A DNA stretch of 64,000 nt from Eledone cirrhosa. Taxonomy: Eukaryota. The first letter of the stretch is position 1. Each line of letters begins with the position of its first letter. The notes under the pieces are model-generated. The model worked only from the letters and a program-made list of their open reading frames with translations, was not told where the DNA came from and made no database searches. Location of the stretch: the NCBI GenBank assembly GCA_964016885.1, contig OZ024741.1:258974001-259038000 (forward strand), read 5' to 3'. A program made the position numbers and the translations under genes. Shown here in pieces: positions 24,704 to 36,940 of this stretch.

Positions 24704-25439
24704 ATCAAAAGGTTGAATTTTATGTGCATAACAAACACTCCCTGAAACAAATAATAAACATGTAAAGTTTGAAAAAAATCGGTTGGGTACTTCTCGCATT
24801 TTAGGGATTCACACTCACAGACACACACACACACACAGACAGACATCCTCAGGGAAGTGACGTAATGCAGACAGCCAGACATACAGACAGATATTATAAG
24901 GGCACGACGTTATATGTATCTATCTAAAAAGAGAAAGACTAAGAATTATAGAGAGAGATCGCTAAATCGCCTAATGTGGTCCCTAGGGCATTGAAAATTT
25001 GAAATATTTTTTGCTCAGAACACTCCCTGAAACATAAGTATTACATGTGTAAAGTTCGAAAACAGTCGGTTGGGTGGTTCTCGAGTTTTAACGATTGAAA
25101 CTCACACACAGACAGACATCCTCAGTTTTATATATATAGACTAGCAGAAAACCACCCGGTGAGCGGTTTTCTGCTAGCAAATCTAGTGTATATACTGATA
25201 TTGTTGAGATTTGGATGAGAAATGTTTTTGGCACCACATGTTCACCGTCTCTCGGTGTGTCTTTTATGCATGTATAAATATATATGTTATCTATACGGTG
25301 AAATCTTTGAAATAAATATATGTTAAAACGAAAAAGGAGAAAAAGAGATTAGTGACGGAAATATAAACGTTATGATATAACGATGGAAATATATAAACGT
25401 TTACGATAAAACGAAGGAAATAGAAACGTTTATATATAA
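24704..25439 (-). mobile_element. ~740-bp cassette copy 7 (type A' with one B-like site), junction at 25141/25140; last copy in the window
   Basis: Matches copy 5 at an offset of 9134 bp but carries AAGGAGAAAAAG as in type B. Confidence 0.7.
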
Positions 25440-27889
25440 TAAGCCGAAAGACTCGTAAGCCGAAACACTCGTAAGCCGAAACACTCATAAGTCGAAACAC
25501 TCGTAAGTCGAAACACACGTAAGCCGAAACACTGAAACACTCGTAGGCCGAAACACTCGTAAGTCGAAACACTCGTAAGCCGAAACACTCGTAAGCCGAA
25601 ACACTCGTAAGCCGAAATACTCGTAAGTCAAAACATTCGTAAGCCGAAACACTCGTAAGTGGAAACACGCGTGAGCCGGAACACTCGTAAGTCGAAACAC
25701 ACGTACGCTGAAACCCTCGTAAGTCGGAACACTCGTAACTCAGAACACTCGTCAGTCAGAACACTCGTAAGTCGAAACACCCGTAAGTCAAAACACTCGT
25801 AAGTCGAAACACTCGTAAGTCAGAACACTCGTAGGTCAGAACACTCGTAAGTCGAAACACTCGTTAGTCAGAACACTCGTAACACTCGTAAGTCGAAACA
25901 CTCGTATCGAAACACTCGTATGTCAAAACAACCGTAAGTCATAACACTCGTAAGTCGAAACACTCGTAACTCGAAACACTCGTAAGTCGAAACACTCGTA
26001 AGTCGAAACACCCGTAAGTCAAAACACCCGTAAGTCATAACACTCGTAAGTCGAAACACACTTAAGTCAAAACACCCGTAAGTCATAACACTCGTAAGTC
26101 GGAACACTCGTAAGTCGAAACACCGTAAGTCAAAACACTCGTATGTCTAAACATCCGTAAATCAGAACACTCGTAAGTCAAAACACTCGTAAGTCGAAAC
26201 ACTCGTAAGCCAAAAATACTCGTAAGTCGAAACACCCTTAACTCAAAACACTCGTAAGTCGAAACACTCGTAAGCCGAAACACCCGTAAGTCAAAACACC
26301 CGTAAGTCGAAACACTCGTAAGTCGAAACACTCGTACGCCGAAACACTCGTAAGTAAAAACATTAGTAAGTCGAAACACTCGTAAGCCGAAAGACTCGTA
26401 AGTCGAAACACTCGTAAGTCGAAACACCCGTAAGTCAAAACATTCGTAAGTCAAAACACTCGTAAGTCGAAACACTCGTAAGTAGAAACACTCGTAAGTC
26501 AAATCTCTCGTACGCCGAAACACTCGTAAGTAAAAACATTAGTAAGTCGAAACACTCGTAAGCCGAAACACTCATAAGTCGAAACACTCGTAAGCCGAGA
26601 CACCCGTAAGTCAAAACATTCGTAAGTAAAAACACTCGTAAGTCGAAACACCCATAAGTCGAAACACTCGTAAGCCGAAACACTCGTAAGTCGAAACACT
26701 CATAAGCCGAAACACTCGTAAGTCGGAACACTCGTAAATCAGAACACCCGCAAGTCAGAACACTCGTAAATCAGAACACTCTTAAGTCGAAACTCACGTA
26801 CGCCGAAACACTCGTAAGTCGAAACACTCGTAAGTCGAAACATCCTTAAGTCGAAACACTCGTACACCGAAACACTCGTAAGTATAAACATTAGTAAGTC
26901 GAAACACTCGTAAGCCGAAACACTCGTAAGTCGAAACACCCGTAAGTCGAAACACCCGTAAGTCAAAACACTCGTATGTCGAAACACTCGTAAACCGAAA
27001 CACTCGTAAGTCGGAACACTCGTAAGTCAGAACACTCGTAAGTCAGAACACTCGTAAGTCAAAACACTCGTAAGTCGAAACACCCGTAAGTCGAAACACT
27101 CGTAAGTCGAAACACCCATAAGCCGAAACACTCGTAAGCCAAAACATTCGTAAGTCGAAACACTCGTAAACCGAAACACTCGTAAGCCAAAACATTCGTA
27201 AGTCGAAACACTCGTAAGTCGAAACACCCATAGCCGAAACACTCGTAAGTCGGAACACACGTAAGTCAGAACACCCGTAAGTCAGAACACTCGTAAGTCA
27301 GAACACTCGTAAGTCAGAACACTCGTAAGTCAGAGCACTCGTATCGAAACACTCGTATGTCAAAAGACCCGTAAGTCAAAACACTCGTAAGTCGAAACAC
27401 TCGTAAGCCGAAACACCGTAAGCCAAAACACTCGTAAGTCGGAACACTCGTAAGTCGAAACACTCGTATCGAAACACTCGTATGTCAAAACACCCATAAG
27501 TCAAAACACTCGTAAGTCGAAACACTCGTAAGTCGAAACACTCGTATGTCGAAACATCCGTAAATCAGAACACTCGTAAGTCGAAACACTCGTAAGTCGA
27601 AACACTCGTAAGCCGAAACACTCGTAAGTCGAAACACTCGTATCGAAACACTCGTAAGTCGAAACACCCTTAAGTCAAAACACTCGTAAGCCAAAACACT
27701 CGTAAGTCGAAACACTCGTAAGTCGGAACACTCGTAACTCAGAACACTCGTAAGTCAGAACACTCGTAAGTGGAAACACGCGTAAGTCGAAAGACCCGTA
27801 AGTCAAAAATCTCGTAAGTCAAAACACTCGTAAGCCGAAACACTCGTAAGTCGAAACACTCGTAAGTCGAAACATTCGTAAAGCGAAAC

Positions 27890-27959
27890 GTATAAATAAA
27901 GATTAATGTAATGAACTTGAAAAGCATAGATATTTGAAACCGCGTCTATTTGTTATTTT
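27890..27959. repeat. 70-bp cassette copy 8
   Basis: AACTTG/GATATT allele. Confidence 0.95.
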
Positions 27960-29074
27960 CGTAAGTCGAAACACTCGTAAGTCAGAACACTCGTAAGTCA
28001 GAACACTCTTAAGTGAGAACACTCGTATGTCAAAACACCCGTAAGTCAAAACACTCGTAAGTCGAAACACTCGTAAGTCGAAACACTCGTAAGCCGAAAC
28101 AATCGTAAGTCAAAACACTCGTAAGTCGAAACACTCGTAAGCCGAAAATACTCGTAAGTCGGAACACCCGTAAGCCGAAACCCTCGTAGGTCGGAACACT
28201 CGTAAGTCGAAACACTCGTAAGTCGAAACACCCGTAAGTCGAAACACTCGTAAGTCGAAACACCCGTAAGTCGAAACATCTGTAAGTCAAAACACTCGTA
28301 TGTCGAAACACTCGTAAGCCGAGACACTCGTAAGTCGGAACACTCGCAAGTCAGAACACTCGTAAGTCAGAACACTCATAAGTCGAAACACTCGTAAGTC
28401 GAAACACCCGTAAGTCGAAACGCCCGTAAGTCAAAACACTCGTATGTCGAAACACTCGCAAACTGAAAAACCGTAAGTCAAAACACTCGTAAGTCGAAAC
28501 ACTCGTAAGTCGAAACACTCGTAAGCCGAAACACTCGTAAGCGAAAACATTCGTAAGTCGAAACACTCGTAACCCGAAACACTCGTAAGTCGAAACACTC
28601 GAAAGCCGAAACACTCGTAAGTCGAAACACTCATAAGCCGAAACACTCGTAAGTCGGAACACTCGTAAGTCAGAACACCCGTAAGTCAGAACACGCGTAG
28701 TCAGAACACTCGTAAGTCGAAACACTCGTAAGCCGAAACACTCGCAAGTCGAAGCACTCGTAATCCGAAACACTCTTAATTCGAAACACTCGTAAGTCGG
28801 AAGACTCGTAAGTCAGAACACTCGTAAGTCAGAACACTCGTAAGTCGAAACACTCGTAAGCCGAAACATCCGTAAGTCAAAACATCCGTAAGTCAAAACA
28901 TTCGTAAGTCGAAACACCCGTAGTCGAAACACTCGCATGTCGAAACACTCGTAAGTCGAAACACGCGTAAGTCGAAACACATGTAAGTCAAAACACTCGT
29001 AAGTCAAAACACTCGTAAGCCGAAACACTCGTAAGTCGAAACACTCGTAAGTCGAAACACTCGTAAAGCGAAAC

Positions 29075-29144
29075 GTATAAATAAAGATTAATGTAATGAA
29101 TTTGAAAAGCATAGAGATTTGAAACCGCGTCTATTTGTTATTTT
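29075..29144. repeat. 70-bp cassette copy 9
   Basis: AATTTG/GAGATT allele. Confidence 0.95.
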
Positions 29145-30925
29145 CGTAAGTCGAACACTCGTAAGTCAGAACACTCGTAAGTCAGAACACTCGTAAGTTA
29201 GAACACTCGTAAGTCAGAACACTCGTAAGTCAGAACACTCGTAAGTCAGAACACTCGTAAGTCGAAACACTCGTATCGAAACACTCGTATGTTAAAACAC
29301 CAGTAAGTCAAAACACTCGTAAGTCGAAACACTCGTAAGCCGAAACACCGTAAGTCAAAACACTCGTAAGTCGAAACACTCGTAAGTCGAAACACTCGTA
29401 AGTCGAAACACTCGTAAGTCGAAACACTCGTAAGCCGAAACACTCGTAAGCCGAAACACTCGTAAGTCGGAACACTCGTAAGTCAGAACACTCATAAGTC
29501 AGAACACTCGTAAGTCAGAACACTCGTAAGTCGAAACACTCGTAAGCCGAAACACCGTAAGTCGAAACACCCGTATGTCGAAACACTCGTAAGCCGAAAC
29601 ACTCGTAAGTAAAAACATTAGTAAGTCGAAACACTCGTAAGCCGGAAGACTCGTAAGTCGAAACACTCGTAATCCGAAACACCCGTAAGTCAAAACATTC
29701 GTAAGTCAAAACACTCATAAGTCGAAACACTCGTAAGTAGAAACACTCGTAAGTCAAAACTCTCGTACGCCGAAACACTCGTAAGTAAAAACATTAGTAA
29801 ATCGAAACACTCGCAAGTCGAAGCACTCGTAATCCGAAACACTCTTAAGTCGAAACACTCGTAAGTCGGAAAACTCGTAAGTCGAAACACTCGTAAGTCA
29901 GAACACTCGTAGTCAGAACACTCGTAAGTCAAACCACTCGTAAGCCGAAACACTCGTAAGTCGAAACACTCGTAAGTCGAAACACTCGTAAGTCGAAAAA
30001 CTCGTAAGCCGGAACACTCGTAAGTCAGAACACTCGTAAGTCAGAACACTCGTAAGTCGAAACACTCGTAAGCCGAAACACACGTAAGTCGAAACATTCG
30101 TAAGTCGAAACACCCGTAAGTCGAAACACTCGTAAGTCGAAACACTCGTAAGTTGAAACACCGTAAGTCAAAACACTCGTATGTCGAAACATCCGTAAAT
30201 CAGAACACTCCTAAGTCAAAACACTCGTAAGCCGAAACACTCGTAAGTCAAAAATACTCGTAAGTCGAAACACCCTTAAGTAAAAACACTCGTAAGTCGA
30301 AACACTCGTAAGCCGAAACACCCGTCAGTCAAAACACCCGTAAGTCGAAACACTCGTAAGTCAAAACTCTCGTACGCCGAAACACTCGTAAGTAAAAACA
30401 TTAGTAAGTCGAAACACTCGTAAGCCGAAACACTCATAAGTCGAAACACTCGTAAGCCGAAACACCCGTAAGTCAAAACATTCGTAAGTCAAAACACTCG
30501 TAAGTCGAAACACCCGTAAGTCGAAACACTCGTATGTCGAAACACTCGTAAGCCGAAACACCGTAAGTAAAAACACTCGTAAGTCGAAACACCCACAAGT
30601 CGAAACACCCACAAGTCGAAACACTCGTAAGCCGAAACACTCGTGAGCCGAAACACTCGTAAGTCGGAAGACTCGTAAGTCAGAACACTCGTAAGTCAGA
30701 ACACTCGTAAGTCGAAACACTCGTAAGCCGAAACATCCGTAAGTCAAAACATCCGTAAGTCAAAACATTCGTAAGTCGAAACACCCGTAGTCGAAACACT
30801 CGCATGTCGAAACACTCGTAAGTCGAAACACGCGTAAGTCGAAACACATGTAAGTCAAAACACTCGTAAGTCAAAACACTCGTATGTCGAAACACTCGTA
30901 AGTCGAAACATTCGTAAAACGAAAC

Positions 30926-30995
30926 GTATAAATAAAGATTAATGTAATGAATTTGAAAAGCATAGAGATTTGAAACCGCGTCTATTTGTTATTTT
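30926..30995. repeat. 70-bp cassette copy 10
   Basis: AATTTG/GAGATT allele. Confidence 0.95.
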
Positions 30996-33138
30996 CGTAA
31001 GTCGAAACACTCGTAAGCCGAAACACTCGTGAGCCGAAACACTCGTAAGTCGGAACACTCGTAAGTCAGAACACTCGTAAGTCAGAACACTCGTAAGTTA
31101 GAACACTCGTAAGTCAGAACACTCGTAAGTCAGAACACTCGTAAGTCAGAACACTCGTAAGTCGAAACACTCGTATCGAAACACTCGTATGTCAAAACAC
31201 CAGTAAGTCAAAACACTCGTAAGTCGAAACACTCGTAAGCTGAAACACCGTAAGTCAAAACACTCGTAAGTCGAAACACTCGTAAGTCGAAACACTCGTA
31301 AGTCGAAACACTCGTAAGCCGAAACACTCGTAAGCCGAAACACTCGTAAGTCGGAACACTCGTAAGTCAGAACACTCATAAGTCAGAACACTCGTAAGTC
31401 AGAACACTCGTAAGTCGAAACACTCGTAAGCCGAAACACCGTAAGTCGAAACACCCGTATGTCGAAACACTCGTAAGCCGAAACACTCGTAAGTCGAAAC
31501 ACTCGTAAGTAAAAACATTAGTAAGTCGAAACACTCGTAAGCCGAAAGACTCGTAAGTCGAAACACTCGTAAGCCGAAACACCCGTAAGTCAAAACATTC
31601 GTAAGTCAAAATACTCGTAAGTCGAAACACCCGTAAGTCAAAACACTCGTATGTCGAAACACTCGTAAGCCGAAACAACGTAAGGAAAAACACTCGTAAG
31701 TCGAAACACCCATAAGTCGAAACACTCGTAAGCCGAAACACTCTTAAGTCGAAACACTCATAAGCCGAAACACTCGTAAGTCGGAACACTCGTAAATCAG
31801 AACACCCGCAAGTCAGAACACTCGTAAATCAGAACACTCTTAAGTCGAAACTCACGTACGCCGAAACACTCGTAAGTCGAAACACTCGTAAGTCGAAACA
31901 TCCTTAAGTCGAAACACTCGTACACCGAAACACTCGCAAGTATAAACATTAGTAAGTCGAAACACTCGTATGTCGAAACACTCGTAAACCGAAACACTCG
32001 TAAGTCGGAACACTCGTAAGTCAGAACACTCGTAAGTCAGAACACTCGTAAGTCGAAACACTCATAAGTCGAAACACTCGTAAGTCGAAACACCCGTAAG
32101 TCGAAACACCCGTAAGTCGAAACACTCGTATGTCGAATAACTCGTAAGCCGAAACACCGTAAGTCAAAACACTCGTAAGTCGAAACACTCGTAAGTCGAA
32201 ACACCCATAAGCCGAAACACTCGTAAGCCAAAACATTCGTAAGTCGAAACACTCGTAAACCGAAACACTCGTAAGCCAAAACATTCGTAAGTCGAAACAC
32301 TCGTAAGTCGAAACACCCATAGCCGAAACACTCGTAAGTCTGAACACACGTAAGTCAGAACAGCCGTAAGTCAGAACACTCGTAAGTCAGAACACTCGTA
32401 AGTCAGAGCACTCGTATCGAAACACTCGTATGTCAAAACACCCGTAAGTCAAAACACTCGTAAGTCGAAACACTCGTAAGCCGAAACACCGTAAGCCAAA
32501 ACACTCGTAAGTCGAAACACCCGTAAGTCGGAACACTCGTAAGTCGAAACACTCGTAAGTCGAAACACTCGTAAGCCGAAATACTCCTAAGCCGAAACAC
32601 TCGTAAGTCGGAACACTCGTAAGTCGGAACACTCGTAAGTCAGAACACTCGTAAGTCAGAACACTCGTAAGTCAGAACACTCGTAAGTCAGAACACTCGT
32701 AAGTCGAAACACTCGTATCGAAACACTCGTATGTCAAAACACCCGTAAGTCAAAACACTCGTAAGTCGAAACACTCGTAAGTCGAAACACTCGTATGTCG
32801 AAACATCCGTAAATCAGAACACTCGTAAGTCGAAACACTCGTAAGTCGAAACACTCGTAAGCCGAAACACTCGTAAGTCGAAGCACTCGTATCGAAACAC
32901 TCGTAAGTCGAAACACCCTTAAGTCAAAACACTCGTAAGCCAAAACACTCGTAAGTCGAAACACTCGTAAGTCGGAACACTCGTAAGTCAGAACACTCGT
33001 AAGTTAGAACACTCGTAAGTGGAAACACGCGTAAGTCGAAAGACCCGTAAGTCAAAAATCTCGTAAGTCAAAACACTCGTAAGCCGAAACACTCGTAAGT
33101 CGAAACACTCGTAAGTCGAAACATTCGTAAAGCGAAAC

Positions 33139-33208
33139 GTATAAATAAATATTAATGTAATGAACTTGAAAAGCATAGATATTTGAAACCGCGTCTATTT
33201 GTTATTTT
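33139..33208. repeat. 70-bp cassette copy 11
   Basis: AAATATT/AACTTG/GATATT allele. Confidence 0.95.
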
Positions 33209-34321
33209 CGTAAGTCGAAACACTCGTAAGTCAGAACACTCGTAAGTCAGAACACTCTTAAGTCAGAACACTCGTATCGAAACACACGTATGTCAAAACA
33301 CCCGTAAGTCAAAACACTCGTAAGTCGAAACACTCGTAAGTCGAAACACTCGTAAGCCGAAAAAATCGTAAGTCAAAACACTCGTAAGTCGAAACACTCG
33401 TAAACCGAAAATACTCGTAAGTCGGAACACCCGTAAGCCGAAACCCTCGTAGGTCGGAACACTCGTAAGTCGAAACACTCGTAAGTCGAAACACCCGTAA
33501 GTCGAAACACTCGTAAGTCGAAACACCCGTAAGTCGAAACATCCGTAAGTCAAAACACTCGTATGTCGAAACACTCGTAAGCCGAAACACTCGTAAGTCG
33601 GAACACTCGCAAGTCAGAACACTCGTAAGTCAGAACACTCGTAAGTCGAAACACTCGTAAGTCGAAACGCCCGTAAGTCAAAACACTCGTATGTCGAAAC
33701 ACTCGCAAGCCGAAAAACCGTAAGTCAAAACACTCGTAAGTCGAAACACTCGTAAATCGAAACACTCGTAAGCCGAAACACTCGTAAGCGAAAACATTCG
33801 TTAGTCGAAACACTCGTAACCCGAAACACTCGTAAGTCGAAACACTCGAAAGCCGAAACACTCGTAAGTCGAAACACTCATAAGCCGAAACACTCGTAAG
33901 TCGGAACACTCGTAAGTCAGAACACCCGTAAGTCAGAACACTCGTAGTCAGAACACTCGTAAGTCGAAACACTCGTAAGCCGAAACACTCGCAAGTCCAA
34001 GCACTCGTAATCCGAAACACTCTTAAGTCGAAACACTCGTAAGTCGGAACACTCGTAAGTCAGAACACTCGTAAGTCAGAACATTCGTAAGTCGAAACAC
34101 TCGTAAGCCGAAACATCCGTAAGTCAAAACATCCGTAAGTCAAAACATTCGTAAGTCGAAACACCAGTAGTCGAAACACTCGCAAGTCGAAACACTCGTA
34201 AGTCGAAACACGCGTAAGTCGAAACACATGTAAGTCAAAACATCCGTAAGTCAAAACACTCGTAAGCCGAAACACTCGTAAGTCGAAACACTCGTAAGTC
34301 GAAACACTCGTAAAGCGAAAC

Positions 34322-34391
34322 GTATAAATAAAGATTAATGTAATGAATTTGAAAAGCATAGAGATTTGAAACCGCGTCTATTTGTTATTTT
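34322..34391. repeat. 70-bp cassette copy 12
   Basis: AATTTG/GAGATT allele. Confidence 0.95.
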
Positions 34392-36870
34392 CGTAAGTCG
34401 AAACACTCGTAAGCCGAAACACTCGTGAGCCGAAACACTCGTAAGTCGGAACACTCATAAGTCAGAACACTCGTAAGTCAGAACACTCGTAAGTTAGAAC
34501 ACTCGTAAGTCAGAACACTCGTAAGTCAGAACACTCGTAAGTCAGAACACTCGTAAGTCGAAACACTCGTATCGAAACACTCGTATGTCAAAACACCAGT
34601 AAGTCAAAACACTCGTAAGTCGAAACACTCGTAAGCCGAAACCGCGTAAGTGGAAACACTCGTAAGTCGAAACACTCGTAAGTCGAAACACTCGTAAGTC
34701 GAAACACTCGTAAGCCGAAACACTCGTAAGTCGGAACACTCGTAAGTCAGAACACTCATAAGTCAGAACACTCGTAAGTCAGAACACTCGTAAGTCGAAA
34801 CACTCGTATCGAAACACTCTTATGTCAAAACACCAGTAAGTCGAAGCACTCGTATCGAAACACTCGTATGTTAAAACACCAGTAAGTCAAAACACTCGTA
34901 AGTCGAAACACTCGTAAGCCGAAACACCGTAAGTCGAAACACCCGTATGTCGAAACACTCGTAAGCCGAAACACTCGTAAGTCGAAACACTCGTAGTCGA
35001 AACACTCGTACGTCGAAACACCCGTAAGTCGAAACACTCGTAAGTCGAAACACTCGTAAGCCGAAACACTCGTAAGTCGAAACACTCATAAGCCGAAACA
35101 CTCGTAAGTCGAAACACTCGTAAGTCAGAACACTCGTAGTCAGAACACTCGTAAGTCAAACCACTCGTAAGCCGAAACACTCGTAAGTCGAAACACTCGT
35201 AAGTCGAAACACTCGTAAGTCGAAAAACTCGTAAGCCGGAACACTCGTAAGTCAGAACACTCGTAAGTCAGAACACTCGTAAGTCGAAACACTCGTAAGC
35301 CGAAACACCCGTAAGTCGAAACATTCGTAAGTCGAAACACCCGTAAGTCGAAACACTCGTAAGTCGAAACACTCGTAAGTCGAAACACTCGTAAGCCGAA
35401 ACACTCGTAAGCCGAAACACTCGTAAGTCGGAACACTCGTAAGTCAGAACACTCATAAGTCAGAACACTCGTAAGTCAGAACACTCGTAAGTCGAAACAC
35501 TCGTAAGCCGAAACACCGTAAGTCGAAACACCCGTATGTCGAAACACTCGTAAGCCGAAACACTCGTAAGTAAAAACATTAGTAAGTCGAAACACTCGTA
35601 AGCCGGAAGACTCGTAAGTCGAAACACTCGTAAGCCGAAACACCCGTAAGTCAAAACATTCGTAAGTCAAAACACTCGTAAGTCGAAACACTCGTAAGTA
35701 GAAACACTCGTAAGTCAAAACTCTCGTACGCCGAAACACTCGTAAGTAAAAACATTAGTAAATCGAAACACTCGCAAGTCGAAGCACTCGTAATCCGAAA
35801 CACTCTTAAGTCGAAACACTCGTAAGTCGGAAAACTCGTAAGTCGAAACACTCGTAAGTCAGAACACTCGTAGTCAGAACACTCGTAAGTCAAACCACTC
35901 GTAAGCCGAAACACTCGTAAGTCGAAACACTCGTAAGTCGAAACACTCGTAAGTCGAAAAACTCGTAAGCCGGAACACTCGTAAGTCAGAACACTCGTAA
36001 GTCAGAACACTCGTAAGTCGAAACACTCGTAAGCCGAAACACACGTAAGTCGAAACATTCGTAAGTCGAAACACCCGTAAGTCGAAACACTCGTAAGTCG
36101 AAACACTCGTAAGTTGAAACACCGTAAGTCAAAACACTCGTATGTCGAAACATCCGTAAATCAGAACACTCCTAAGTCAAAACACTCGTAAGCCGAAACA
36201 CTCGTAAGTCAAAAATACTCGTAAGTCGAAACACCCTTAAGTAAAAACACTCGTAAGTCGAAACACTCGTAAGCCGAAACACCCGTCAGTCAAAACACCC
36301 GTAAGTCGAAACACTCGTAAGTCAAAACTCTCGTACGCCGAAACACTCGTAAGTAAAAACATTAGTAAGTCGAAACACTCGTAAGCCGAAACACTCATAA
36401 GTCGAAACACTCGTAAGCCGAAACACCCGTAAGTCAAAACATTCGTAAGTCAAAACACTCGTAAGTCGAAACACCCGTAAGTCGAAACACTCGTATGTCG
36501 AAACACTCGTAAGCCGAAACACCGTAAGTAAAAACACTCGTAAGTCGAAACACCCACAAGTCGAAACACTCGTAAGCCGAAACACTCGTGAGCCGAAACA
36601 CTCGTAAGTCGGAAGACTCGTAAGTCAGAACACTCGTAAGTCAGAACACTCGTAAGTCGAAACACTCGTAAGCCGAAACATCCGTAAGTCAAAACATCCG
36701 TAAGTCAAAACATTCGTAAGTCGAAACACCCGTAGTCGAAACACTCGCATGTCGAAACACTCGTAAGTCGAAACACGCGTAAGTCGAAACACATGTAAGT
36801 CAAAACACTCGTAAGTCAAAACACTCGTATGTCGAAACACTCGTAAGTCGAAACATTCGTAAAGCGAAAC

Positions 36871-36940
36871 GTATAAATAAAGATTAATGTAATGAATTTG
36901 AAAAGCATAGAGATTTGAAACCGCGTCTATTTGTTATTTT
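36871..36940. repeat. 70-bp cassette copy 13
   Basis: AATTTG/GAGATT allele, 5945 bp after copy 10. Confidence 0.95.
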
